In this document: in pieces, positions 31,245-41,171 of the stretch
Position numbering within the stretch: position 1 is the first letter of the stretch
How the letters are laid out: every line of letters starts with the position of its first letter
From: an uncultured cyanobacterium
GTDB taxonomy: Bacteria; Cyanobacteriota; Cyanobacteriia; Cyanobacteriales; CAWUOF01
Length of the DNA stretch: 64,000 nucleotides
Assembly (NCBI GenBank): GCA_963744145.1
Contig: CAVUSO010000001.1
Location: 3,552,001 to 3,616,000, forward strand
Reading direction: 5' to 3'
The notes under the pieces: generated by a model
What the model saw: the letters and a program-made list of their open reading frames with translations, nothing else
The model's database searches: none
Told to the model about the DNA's origin: nothing
Translations under genes and position numbers: made by a program

Positions 31245-31378
31245 TTGACCTCTCCCCCAACCCCTCTCCTAAAAGGAAAGGGGAGCAAGAATGATTCCGC
31301 ATTCCATTTCTGATTAATTTAATCATCTTAATTGCTCCCCCTTCCCTCTTAGGGAAGGGGGTTGGGGGGTTAGGTCAA
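31245..31378. repeat. Cyanobacterial palindromic dispersed repeat (ACCTCTCCCCCAACCCCTCTCC...GGGAAGGGGGTTGGGGGGTTAGGT family)
   Basis: Terminal inverted arms ttgacct/aggtcaa with two internal hairpins. Same family occurs at about 40109-40238, 43976-44078 and, as a fragment, 48947-48985. Confidence 0.85.
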
Positions 31379-31477
31379 TATTTTTAACCCTAGCTTACCC
31401 AATTTTCCCAAAAAATATCAGTCTATTAAAAAAACCTTAAGCAAATTTGATAATTTTTAACAATTTGCCCAAATTCA

Positions 31478-33763
31478 TCAAAATATGTTCATGATTGAAT
31501 TTAATTCGCAGGTAGGAATTATTTCTGCTCCCACATCAGCGATCGCTGATGAATTTTCATTTTCCCCCACAATTCGAGCTTTAATCTGTGGGATTAATGC
31601 TTTCCATTGAATTTGACTTAATTTACCAATTAACGAAATTTCTATTCCTGTTGTAACATCTAGCTCTTCTTCCATTAACAAGTTCATTGCGATACTAGAT
31701 AAAATCAGGTCTGCATCTGCTTCATTAATATTGCTAGTGTCTATTAGTAAAGTCAAGCGATCTTGATCAGGATAGGATGCGATCGCTCTGAACAATGTTT
31801 TTAAATCCAATTCTAGGGACTCTTCTGGTTGACACCAATCAAGAAAAATAATTAAATTGACTTCTCTTAATTTTAAATATAAAAGAGTCGCATTAATCAA
31901 AGCTGACGCAATAGTCTGAGCCATTTTTGCCAAAGAAAACTTTTGTGCTTGAGTCAATCCAGCAACGATTAATAAGTTGCGAATATCCGGTTTTTGTACT
32001 TCACATAAAGCATTTGTTAACCCATTTACATCTGCATCATTAACATATAAAACTGCTTGACCAGCTACTTCCGGAATAGCAGTATTAGCACAGGTGATCA
32101 CTGGACATCCACAAGCGATCGCTTCTAATACTGGTAAAGCAAATCCATCATATTTAGATGGATAAACCAATGCTACAGCACCAGTATAAACTAATCTTAA
32201 CTCCTCCTCATTTAGTTCTAGTAGGTGGATAGCACTACCTGCGGTATAAGACCTAAATTCAGATTTTAATCTCGATTTAGTACCGATCCAAACAATTTCA
32301 AATCCCTCTTTAGTCCAAAGCTGAGAAAAAGCTTTAAAAAATAAAATATTATTTTGATAATCCTCGTCTCTATCTACTAAAATAAAGTAAGGTTTGGCGA
32401 TCCCATACTTATTTTTAAAAGAACTAATTTCAGCTTGGTTTGCTGGATAAAATTTACTGCTGATCCCACAATGAGCAACCTGAATAGATTCTAAAGAAAT
32501 TCCTGAAAAAACCCTGACTAAGTCGTGAGCTGTATTTTCAGAAATCGAGATATAGGTAGAAGCATAACTGATCGCATCATGTTTTGCTTGTTCCTTTGGT
32601 GCTTTAAGATCCGCACCCATAATTTCGGGAATTAGATCATAGGTGATACAGACAGACTGAGTTTTAATTGGTGTGGTATAATAAGTAGAGATAAATAAAT
32701 CAGCACATTCTTGATCACATACTTGTTGTAGCATTTCGCGATCGCGCTCGATCGTAGTATAATCATAAGATGGCACAAATCTATATTTAACCCCGCTAAT
32801 TTTCGGAACATTACCTCCTCGATCCAAAATGATGAGATACTGAGCAAAACCATTTTTTGCCCATTCTTCTAACAAGGATTTCCAGATCCGAATCATTCCG
32901 GTTTTCTCAAACTGAAATAATATCCCATCAATCAATATTTTTGGAGATCCGATCTGAATTTGCGATAACTCTTCTGGTTGAGTAATTGTGCGATCGACCT
33001 TATTATCAATCACCCTAGGAAAATATTCAACCCCGGACTCAATAATTTTGTCAATGCTTTGGATCTCACTGGTCTTTTTGAAAATTGCATAACCATTACG
33101 AAGTTTTAAGTTCTGAGCAATGAGGGTATAATTACTATCTCTATCCAGTCGTTGTCGATTTTGATAATTTTTAAAAGTATTGACATCATCCAGACAAATA
33201 TATTTAGCTCCATAAACTTCCTCCAGTTCAGCTATCCCTGTAAACTCGGAACCATCGATTAAAACAATATCAAAATTATCGATATTATTTTCTTGTTTAA
33301 TTTTCCTAATCCCATGATCTTCAATTCCAGAGTTGGTAAGATATTCAATATCTTGACGTAACCATCCTAAAATAACCTCTAACGGACAAATACCGAAATT
33401 ATTTTGATTGCGATAATAAAATTCAGCTACTTCTATTTCAGTCGGAAAATCTGCAATAGACACAGATGAGATATTATAACATTTGACAAAATTATTTTGC
33501 TCATACCGATTTTGTAATTCTGCAAATCTCGGTTTTGAAACTTCTATGCAATACAAATTCGGCTGATTTTTATTTTCCAGAATTCCCGTTACAAACGCAG
33601 CTGTGCTTCCTGTTCCTGATGAAGAACCTATTTCCAAAATTGTCTTAATATCTTTTTCTCTGGCGATTTTTTTCAACTCATAATAAAACTCATCATTTTT
33701 GATCTCAGGGGGAATAATTCGATTAATTTCTGAATCTTTCATATCGAATGTAATCCTTTTCAA
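31478..33763 (-). CDS. Methyltransferase-like + GT4 + conserved C-terminal module
   Basis: IIPPEIKNDEFY/LEIGSSSGTGST module as in 25945-29688, then KILIDGILFQ...YPSKYDGFALPVLEAIACG. Likely start MKDSE. Confidence 0.87.
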   Translation of the reverse strand: MKRITFDMKDSEINRIIPPEIKNDEFYYELKKIAREKDIKTILEIGSSSGTGSTAAFVTGILENKNQPNLYCIEVSKPRFAELQNRYEQNNFVKCYNISSVSIADFPTEIEVAEFYYRNQNNFGICPLEVILGWLRQDIEYLTNSGIEDHGIRKIKQENNIDNFDIVLIDGSEFTGIAELEEVYGAKYICLDDVNTFKNYQNRQRLDRDSNYTLIAQNLKLRNGYAIFKKTSEIQSIDKIIESGVEYFPRVIDNKVDRTITQPEELSQIQIGSPKILIDGILFQFEKTGMIRIWKSLLEEWAKNGFAQYLIILDRGGNVPKISGVKYRFVPSYDYTTIERDREMLQQVCDQECADLFISTYYTTPIKTQSVCITYDLIPEIMGADLKAPKEQAKHDAISYASTYISISENTAHDLVRVFSGISLESIQVAHCGISSKFYPANQAEISSFKNKYGIAKPYFILVDRDEDYQNNILFFKAFSQLWTKEGFEIVWIGTKSRLKSEFRSYTAGSAIHLLELNEEELRLVYTGAVALVYPSKYDGFALPVLEAIACGCPVITCANTAIPEVAGQAVLYVNDADVNGLTNALCEVQKPDIRNLLIVAGLTQAQKFSLAKMAQTIASALINATLLYLKLREVNLIIFLDWCQPEESLELDLKTLFRAIASYPDQDRLTLLIDTSNINEADADLILSSIAMNLLMEEELDVTTGIEISLIGKLSQIQWKALIPQIKARIVGENENSSAIADVGAEIIPTCELNSIMNIF

Positions 33764-34161
33764 TTCTGATTAATTTGCTGTTTGAGAGTAGCTAATTGCT
33801 GCTGATAATCTGTCCGTTCAGGATATAATTTTACCAGTTTCTCTACAGGTGCGATCGCCCCCTTAATATCTTTCATCTGAATTTTCGTGTTTGCTAAACC
33901 TTCCAACGCTGTCTGGTTATCTGGTTCCCGTTTTAAAACTGCTTCATATCCTCTTACTTCAAGTTCCAATTTGGAGGTAGGAGAGGTATCTCCTACCTTT
34001 CTTTCCACCTTTGAGTTAGCAAAAGCGGTGCTGATAAACTGGAATGCTCCAAATACCCCTGTTCCTCCAAATGATATAATGGAGACGAGCGCGAAAATCC
34101 GTTGGATTAGCTGTTGACGTTCGCGACGGGATGTGTAATAATCTTGCTCACTAATGGCCAT
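33760..34161 (-). CDS. Small membrane-anchored TPR protein
   Basis: Likely start MAISEQ (34161) after an AGAGG RBS; hydrophobic helix; GYEAVLKREPDNQTALEGL TPR. Confidence 0.8.
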   Translation of the reverse strand: MAISEQDYYTSRRERQQLIQRIFALVSIISFGGTGVFGAFQFISTAFANSKVERKVGDTSPTSKLELEVRGYEAVLKREPDNQTALEGLANTKIQMKDIKGAIAPVEKLVKLYPERTDYQQQLATLKQQINQN

Positions 34162-34235
34162 TGTGTTAACCTCTTCTTGATTGCTTAATTTGAGCATACC
34201 CAAATTTTTCTCCAAAACCATCAGTCTATTTCCTT

Positions 34236-36812
34236 TTAAAAAACTTGAGCAAATTTCATAATTTTTAACAATTTTTCCAAATTCACAAAAATATCTTCAT
34301 TAATGGGACTAGGATAGATTAACTTGTGTAGGTATACTCCTGTCGGAATCTCTCCTAATAAATAATAATATTCTAAATCTACTAGATTACTTAACCACCA
34401 GTAACAATGATAAACATAATTTGGGGAAAAAATTTCGATTAATTTCGTCCTCTCTTGACAAAATATGGTATTGGTTAACCCACTACCATGAGCAGCTACT
34501 ATTACTTTAGCATTAGCTAGCAATGCAGCTTGTTTTTTGACTGACATTGATTCTAAATTTACACTTTTAAACCCATAATTCTCTAATAACTTGATCACCT
34601 CATCTTCATTGATAATCCGACGATTAGCTGCTAATTTACGACTGATATATAAATGCTCAATTTTCTCTGAGTTGTCGATCGCTTGTTGGTCTAAAAAGTG
34701 ATGACGGAGAAACTCACAAGTCCATTTTGGCATCCAAGCGATCGTTCCAGGAAAAGATGGTACTATTAATCGGTTTGCTTGGATATGATGATATTGATCT
34801 ACTGCGATTATTTTGGATTCAGGAATACCCAAATTGTTCAATGTTTCTGTTTGAAAGGAAAGCTGATTGCTGACTAAAAATTGATCAATTTTCCCTAACT
34901 CTATCTCACTATTATATAGTAATTGCAGCCGGGGCAAAATATCAAGCATCCAATGAAAATAGACATTATTTAATAATCCAGCTAAAACTACTACTGTTCC
35001 GTCGATCTTTTGAATTGGTGGTAATTTTCCTAAAGAAAAAATCGAATGTTTGCTAGGATGTTGATCGGGATGTCCTGGACTTAAGACTGGAAATTCTAGA
35101 GATAGATCTCCTAAAATTTTCTGATCGGTCGTGATGATCGCTGTACTAGACTGAGTTTTATTTAACCAAAAACGTCCATTGGGGATAATGGTGACAAAGC
35201 TAGCTGGTAACTTCATCTGATCTCCAAATCTAAAACTAAAATGGATAGTTTCTTCGGGGGTATGAGGTGGAGTTAAATCTATGATATTTTCCGGGTAAAT
35301 CGGTAGATAATTAGTTGTCTCTAAATTCCCAGAAATTGCCCATTCTTTAGTAGTTTCATAAAAACTATTAGGAGGTTCAATTGGTAAAATATTATGAATT
35401 ACTAAAGTTTGACGATCTAATTTACCTTGTTCACAAAGCAAGATCATTAGCTGATCTAGTGCTTGAGCTAAATCTGGATTAATTTCGATTAAAGTTCGGA
35501 AACTAGCGATCGCTTCTGTGATTCTCCCTAATTCTGCTAAAGCAATCCCTAAATTACAATAAGCATCGACATAATTAGGTTGAATATGTAAAACCTTCTG
35601 GTAATAACTAATTGCTTCCTCCCATCTCCCACTGGTAGCTAAAACCAATCCTAAACAAAAGTAAACTTCAGCTATATTTGGATTAATCTGTAACGCTTTT
35701 TCATACAGAGCGATCGCACCGAGATGATTTCCCAGATGAGCATAAATCTTCCCTAACTCTAAATAGTTTTCCTCTCCATTAGGCTCAAGTTGGATGGCTT
35801 TTTGATAAACTGCGATCGCTGACTCAAAATCTTCTTGTTTTGCGAAAGCTTTCCCCATTTCCAAATACAATTCAGCCGATTCACATTGTAACTGTAAAGC
35901 TTTCTGAAAACTAGCGATCGCCAGATCAAAATGATGTTCTCTTGCTAAAATCTTGCCTAAGTATAAATAGATATTCAATTGCTTATCGGGCGAATTTAAA
36001 AGGTTAATCAAACTAAAGCCAATCGGCATTATATCATTGATTTGCTTAGGGAAGACTAAATTCTGATTAACTTCAGCAATTTGCAGAGATTTTTGCCAAT
36101 AATCAATTGCCTCATCGATTTTACCTTGAGTTAACCAAATATAGCCTAAATCTGCATAAGCGGTCGCATAATCTGACTTGATGGTAATGGCTGTTTCCCA
36201 ACAAGCGATCGCCCGTTCCGCATTTCTTACTTGCCAAAAACACCAACCCAGATTATAATAAATATCTGGACTCTGGAACGGCAACTCTAAAATTTTCAAA
36301 TAATAAGTGATCGCTCCCTCAAAATCTGTTAACTTTTGCAATAATTCAGCCAAATCGAGATAAACTTCAACTAAACTAGGATTAAGATTAATCGTTGTTT
36401 CCCAACAAGCGATCGCTTGGTAAAAATCACCTTGCTGAGATAAAGCACAACCTAAATAATAATGAGCTTCAACCTGATCAAAATCAAAATCTATAATTTG
36501 CTCATAAAGCTGTTGTGCTAATTTAAACTTGCGCTGCTCCAGATGTCGTTTGGCTTCAGCTCTTAGTATACCCAATAAATCCACCATTTGATCATCGAGT
36601 TCGGCTGGATTAATTTGAGCAAGAGCAGATAACCAAATCGTTTCAGCTTGCACAGTTTCACCGAGCAGAAACCAACCAAGACCTAAATACCAATAATGAG
36701 AAATTAACCCAGGATCAGCAGCAAGCGATCGCTCCCAGATAGCGATCGCTTCCTTATATTGAAATTGCGCTAAATATTCAGCAGCTTGTTGTTGCATTTT
36801 CGCAATATTCAA
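34236..36812 (-). CDS. TPR-repeat protein with C-terminal GT61 (DUF563) glycosyltransferase domain
   Basis: About 10 TPRs, then NVYFHWMLDILPRL, LYISRK..RRIINE, AKVIVAAHGSGLTN, KLIEIFSP. Confidence 0.88.
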   Translation of the reverse strand: MNIAKMQQQAAEYLAQFQYKEAIAIWERSLAADPGLISHYWYLGLGWFLLGETVQAETIWLSALAQINPAELDDQMVDLLGILRAEAKRHLEQRKFKLAQQLYEQIIDFDFDQVEAHYYLGCALSQQGDFYQAIACWETTINLNPSLVEVYLDLAELLQKLTDFEGAITYYLKILELPFQSPDIYYNLGWCFWQVRNAERAIACWETAITIKSDYATAYADLGYIWLTQGKIDEAIDYWQKSLQIAEVNQNLVFPKQINDIMPIGFSLINLLNSPDKQLNIYLYLGKILAREHHFDLAIASFQKALQLQCESAELYLEMGKAFAKQEDFESAIAVYQKAIQLEPNGEENYLELGKIYAHLGNHLGAIALYEKALQINPNIAEVYFCLGLVLATSGRWEEAISYYQKVLHIQPNYVDAYCNLGIALAELGRITEAIASFRTLIEINPDLAQALDQLMILLCEQGKLDRQTLVIHNILPIEPPNSFYETTKEWAISGNLETTNYLPIYPENIIDLTPPHTPEETIHFSFRFGDQMKLPASFVTIIPNGRFWLNKTQSSTAIITTDQKILGDLSLEFPVLSPGHPDQHPSKHSIFSLGKLPPIQKIDGTVVVLAGLLNNVYFHWMLDILPRLQLLYNSEIELGKIDQFLVSNQLSFQTETLNNLGIPESKIIAVDQYHHIQANRLIVPSFPGTIAWMPKWTCEFLRHHFLDQQAIDNSEKIEHLYISRKLAANRRIINEDEVIKLLENYGFKSVNLESMSVKKQAALLANAKVIVAAHGSGLTNTIFCQERTKLIEIFSPNYVYHCYWWLSNLVDLEYYYLLGEIPTGVYLHKLIYPSPINEDIFVNLEKLLKIMKFAQVF

Positions 36813-37039
36813 AGGCTACCTCCACTGAGTCAGATTCACAAAAGTATATAGTCATTATACCTAATCGTCAATCATTGATATTAAATGTGGTAGAGAGAAA
36901 AATGTCAGAAAAATTTAGAAAATTTAAGATTCAAACCTGAGAGAAATTGCCACAATAAAAGAAGAAAGATTAACAGTAAATCACGGGATATTGGCCGAAA
37001 CGCAAATAATCCGGTAATTGGTGAAGTGGAGAGCAAAAA

Positions 37040-38408
37040 ATGGGTATCGCGAGTATTAATCCAGCTACGGGAGAAATTCTGCAAAGTTTTGTAGCACTGA
37101 CCGATACAGAGATTGAATCCAAGCTGGAAAAAGCTCAACAAGCATTTAAACAGTATCGGAAAACCTCGATCAGCCAAAGAGGACAGTGGTTAAATGCAAC
37201 TGCACAGATTTTAGAAGAAAACAAAACAGAATTTGCCAAAACCATGACCCTGGAAATGGGCAAAACGCTTAAATCCGCGATCGCAGAAGTGGAAAAATGC
37301 GCTCTCGTCTGTCGTTATTATGCCGAAAACGCAGGGCAATTTTTAGCCGATCTCCCTGCTACTACAGATGCTAGTCAAAGCTTTGTCCGCTATCAACCCC
37401 TTGGTCCAATTCTAGCAGTAATGCCCTGGAATTTTCCATTTTGGCAAGTATTTCGGTTTGCAGCTCCAGCATTAATGGCAGGAAATGTCGGATTACTCAA
37501 ACACGCTTCTAATGTACCCCAATGCGCCTTAGCGATCGAAAAAATCTTTCAGCAAGCAGGATTTCCGGAAGACACCTTTCAAACCTTGTTAGTTGGAGCT
37601 AATCAAGTAGCAGGGATAATTGCCGATCCCCGGGTCATGGCTGCTACACTTACGGGTAGCGAGGGAGCAGGGATTAGTCTAGCTAGCAATGCTGGTAAAC
37701 AAATTAAAAAAACTGTTTTAGAATTAGGAGGTAGTGATCCTTTTATTGTATTAGATAGTGCCGACCTGGAAGCAGCTGTAACTACAGGAGTTACAGCCCG
37801 CATGATTAACAATGGACAATCATGTATTGCAGCCAAACGGTTTATTCTGACCAATGCGATCGCCGATCAATTTGAGGAAAAATTTGTCGCCAAGTTTAAA
37901 GCCTTACGCATTGGCGATCCCATGGATGATAGCACCGACGTTCGGACCTTTGGCAACTGGTCCCATCCTCAAGGAACTTGATGATCTGGTCCAAATTTGC
38001 CTAGCAAAAGGAGCTCGTGCTTTAACGGGAGGATCTCCTCTGAGCGATCGTCCTGGTCACTACTATCCTCCGACCATTCTCACCGACTTTTCCCCTGGAT
38101 CACCAGCCTATCAAGAAGAATTTTTTGGACCAGTTGCCTTAGTATTTCGAGTAACTAACATTGATGAAGCCATCGAACTAGCTAATAGCACTTCTTTTGG
38201 ATTAGGAGCAAGTGCTTGGACAAATATCCCAGCAGAACGCGATCGCTTAATCGAAGAACTGGAAGCGGGTGCAGTATTTATTAATGGGTTAGTCAAATCC
38301 GATCCCAGACTACCCTTTGGAGGGATTAAACGTTCCGGATACGGACGCGAATTAAGTATCCAAGGAATTCACGAATTTGTCAATATCAAAACCGTGTGGG
38401 TTAAATAG
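37040..38408 (+). pseudogene. gabD: NAD(P)-dependent succinate-semialdehyde dehydrogenase, split by a +1 frameshift at about 37941 (pseudogene or sequence error)
   Basis: 37040-37981 carries VMPWNFPFWQ, TGSEGAG, ELGGSDP and GQSCIA; the other frame carries GPLAT, EEFFGPV and PFGGIKRSGYGRE. One extra base in GAC GTT C GGA CCT; removing it restores TDVGPLA. Confidence 0.88.
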
Positions 38409-38413
38409 GACCA

Positions 38414-40051
38414 ATGAATACCGCAGAATTATTAGTACGTTGTCTGGAAAATGAAGGAGTCCGATACATCTTCGGACTTCCTGGGGAAGAAAATATGCAC
38501 GTTTTGGAAGCATTGAGAAATTCTTCCATTCAGTTTATCACCACCCGTCACGAACAAGGAGCTGCTTTTATGGCAGATGTCTATGGTCGATTAACGGGTC
38601 GTGCGGGAGTATGTCTATCTACTCTCGGTCCTGGTGCGACTAACTTAATGACTGGAGTAGCTGATGCTAATCTGGATCGTGCCCCATTAGTGGCAATTAC
38701 GGGACAAGTAGGAACCGATCGGATGCACATTGAATCCCACCAATATCTAGATTTGGTCGCAATGTTTTCTCCAGTCACCAAATGGAATACCCAAATAGTC
38801 CGACCCAGTATTGCTCCCGAAGTAGTCCGTCGCGCTTTTAAATTCGCACAAACCGAAAAACCAGGAGCAGTCCATATTGATGTCCCCGAAAATATTGCAG
38901 CTATGCCCGCTAGTGGGGAACCTTTAAGCATAGGAGTTTTAGAAAAAACCTTCGCATCTTTCCGGAGTATCGAAAAAGCCGCAGCCCAAATTTCTGCTGC
39001 TCATGATCCCATAATTTTAGTTGGCAATGGTGCAATTCGTGCTAGTGCGAGTGTCGCAGTGACCGAATTTGCCAGTAAATTGAATATTCCTGTCGCTAAT
39101 ACATTTATGGGTAAAGGTGCGATTCCTTATACCCATCCCCTAGCTTTGTGGTCAGTTGGTTTACAACTAAGGGATTATATTAGCTGTGGATTTGATAATA
39201 CGGACTTAGTGATTGCGATCGGCTATGATTTAATCGAATATTCCCCCAAAAAATGGAATGCTGCGGGGAAAATTCCAATTATCCATATTGACTCTCTCCC
39301 CGCAGAAATAGATAGTAGCTATATTCCTCAAGTCGAAGTAGTTGGAGATATTTCTGATTCTCTGTCCGAAATTTTACTCAGAGCCGATCGGACTGGTAAA
39401 CCAAATTCTTATGCTTCACAATTGCGCGATGATATCCGTGCTGATTACGAACGCTATGCGAATGATGATGGTTTCCCCATTAAACCTCAAAAATTAATTT
39501 ATGATTTGCGTCAAGTCATGGGACCCGAAGACATCGTCATTTCTGATGTCGGAGCTCATAAAATGTGGATGGCTCGTCATTATCATTGCGATCGCCCAAA
39601 TACTTGTATCATTTCTAATGGATTTGCTGCCATGGGTATTGCTATCCCGGGTGCGATCGCAGCTAAATTAGTTGCACCCAAACAGCGAGTAGTTGCTGTG
39701 ACCGGGGATGGTGGATTTATGATGAATTGTCAAGAATTAGAAACAGCACTGCGGATTGGAACTCCTTTCGTTACCATTATTTTTAATGATGGTGGTTATG
39801 GTTTAATCGAATGGAAACAACAAAATCAGATGGGTAATTCGGCTTTTATCAAATTTGGTAATCCAGATTTTGTCAAATTTGCTGAAAGTATGGGTTTAAA
39901 AGGGTATCGAATTGAATCTACTGCTGATTTTGTCCCGATGCTGAAAACCGCACTTGAGCAAGAAGTCCCTTCTGTCATTGACTGTCGAGTTGATTACCGA
40001 GAAAATCTCCGTTTTACGCAAAAAGCGGGTGAATTGAGTTGTGCGATGTAA
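38414..40051 (+). CDS. ogdA: ThDP-dependent 2-oxoglutarate decarboxylase (acetolactate-synthase-like) of the cyanobacterial TCA bypass
   Basis: FGLPGEEN, TRHEQGAAFMAD and GDGGFMMN ThDP motif. Adjacent to SSADH, the known cyanobacterial pairing. Confidence 0.85.
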   Translation: MNTAELLVRCLENEGVRYIFGLPGEENMHVLEALRNSSIQFITTRHEQGAAFMADVYGRLTGRAGVCLSTLGPGATNLMTGVADANLDRAPLVAITGQVGTDRMHIESHQYLDLVAMFSPVTKWNTQIVRPSIAPEVVRRAFKFAQTEKPGAVHIDVPENIAAMPASGEPLSIGVLEKTFASFRSIEKAAAQISAAHDPIILVGNGAIRASASVAVTEFASKLNIPVANTFMGKGAIPYTHPLALWSVGLQLRDYISCGFDNTDLVIAIGYDLIEYSPKKWNAAGKIPIIHIDSLPAEIDSSYIPQVEVVGDISDSLSEILLRADRTGKPNSYASQLRDDIRADYERYANDDGFPIKPQKLIYDLRQVMGPEDIVISDVGAHKMWMARHYHCDRPNTCIISNGFAAMGIAIPGAIAAKLVAPKQRVVAVTGDGGFMMNCQELETALRIGTPFVTIIFNDGGYGLIEWKQQNQMGNSAFIKFGNPDFVKFAESMGLKGYRIESTADFVPMLKTALEQEVPSVIDCRVDYRENLRFTQKAGELSCAM

Positions 40052-40077
40052 CTCTATAGAGTCCTGACATATATTAG

Positions 40078-40264
40078 CAGGACTATTTCATCCTCGATCC
40101 TAAATTCAGACCTAACCCCCCAACCCCCTTCCCTACAAGGGAAGGGGGAGTAATTAAGATCATTAAATTTATGGGATGTTTAAGCAGATTAATTCTAATC
40201 CCCTTTCCTCTTAGGAGAGGGGTTGGGGGAGAGGTCAAACAATTTGTAGCATGAAACAGTCCTG
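40078..40264. mobile_element. MITE with ISAs1-like terminal inverted repeats carrying a palindromic repeat
   Basis: TIRs caggactatttcat / atgaaacagtcctg; flanks catatattag / tatatattaa (8/10, possible TSD). Confidence 0.65.
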
Positions 40265-40309
40265 TATATATTAAAGGTATATCTCACTCTTATTTAATTA
40301 ATCATCCCA

Positions 40310-41092
40310 ATGAAAATTGCTACCTGGAATGTTAATTCAATCCGTACTCGTTTAGAACAAGTCAGTCAATGGTTACAAACAAATCCAGTTGATGTCCTCT
40401 GTCTCCAAGAAACCAAAGTCGTAGATGCTGATTTTCCCATGTCACCTCTCCAAGATTTAGGTTATCATGTCTATATATTTGGGCAAAAATCTTATAACGA
40501 TGTCGCTATTCTCAGTCAGATACCCTTAACTAATCTCAGCCTGGGATTTGCGCCAATTATCGGTGATAATGATTATGAAGAACAAAAACGGTTAATCGCT
40601 GGTACTTGTAATGGGATTCGCATTATTAATGTTTATGTTCCCAATGGTGCCGAAGTCGGTAGTGATAAATATATTTATAAATTAAACTGGTTAAACCATC
40701 TGGGTGAATATTTAAAAATTAGCCTTGACAAAAATCCAGATTTATGTATATGCGGAGATTTTAATATTGCTCCAGACGATCGGGATATTCATAACCCAAC
40801 TATTGCTAAAAACTCAGTTATGGCTTCAGAACCAGAACGTCAAGCCTTACAAGAACTGCTAAACTTAGGTTTACAGGATGCTTTTCGGAAATTTACCACC
40901 GAGGGAGGATATTTTAGTTGGTGGGATTATCGGGCTCGTGCTTTTGAGCGTAACAAAGGATGGCGGATCGATCATCACTATCTGAGTGCTAATCTATATG
41001 AAAAATGTATTAGCTGCACCATTGATAAATCCCCTCGTCAACTGAGTAAACCGAGTGACCATACCCCAGCGATCGCGGAATTTTCTCTCTAA
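40310..41092 (+). CDS. xth: Exodeoxyribonuclease III
   Basis: MKIATWNVNSIR, LCLQETK, NVYVPNG, GDFNIAP, WWDYR, GWRIDH, PSDHTP. Confidence 0.95.
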   Translation: MKIATWNVNSIRTRLEQVSQWLQTNPVDVLCLQETKVVDADFPMSPLQDLGYHVYIFGQKSYNDVAILSQIPLTNLSLGFAPIIGDNDYEEQKRLIAGTCNGIRIINVYVPNGAEVGSDKYIYKLNWLNHLGEYLKISLDKNPDLCICGDFNIAPDDRDIHNPTIAKNSVMASEPERQALQELLNLGLQDAFRKFTTEGGYFSWWDYRARAFERNKGWRIDHHYLSANLYEKCISCTIDKSPRQLSKPSDHTPAIAEFSL

Positions 41093-41171
41093 GTATGTGG
41101 AACTATTGAGCAATTAATTGCGACAATATAAGTGTTAACTTAAATTAGCTCCAGGAGCAAGTAAACATCAG

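Noticed and set aside
37930..37950. Programmed ribosomal frameshift in gabD
   Set aside because: No slippery heptamer or obvious stimulatory structure; a simple 1-bp insertion explains it
38414..40051. Acetolactate synthase ilvB
   Set aside because: The GLPGEEN motif, linkage to SSADH and absence of ilvN/ilvC fit 2-oxoglutarate decarboxylase better
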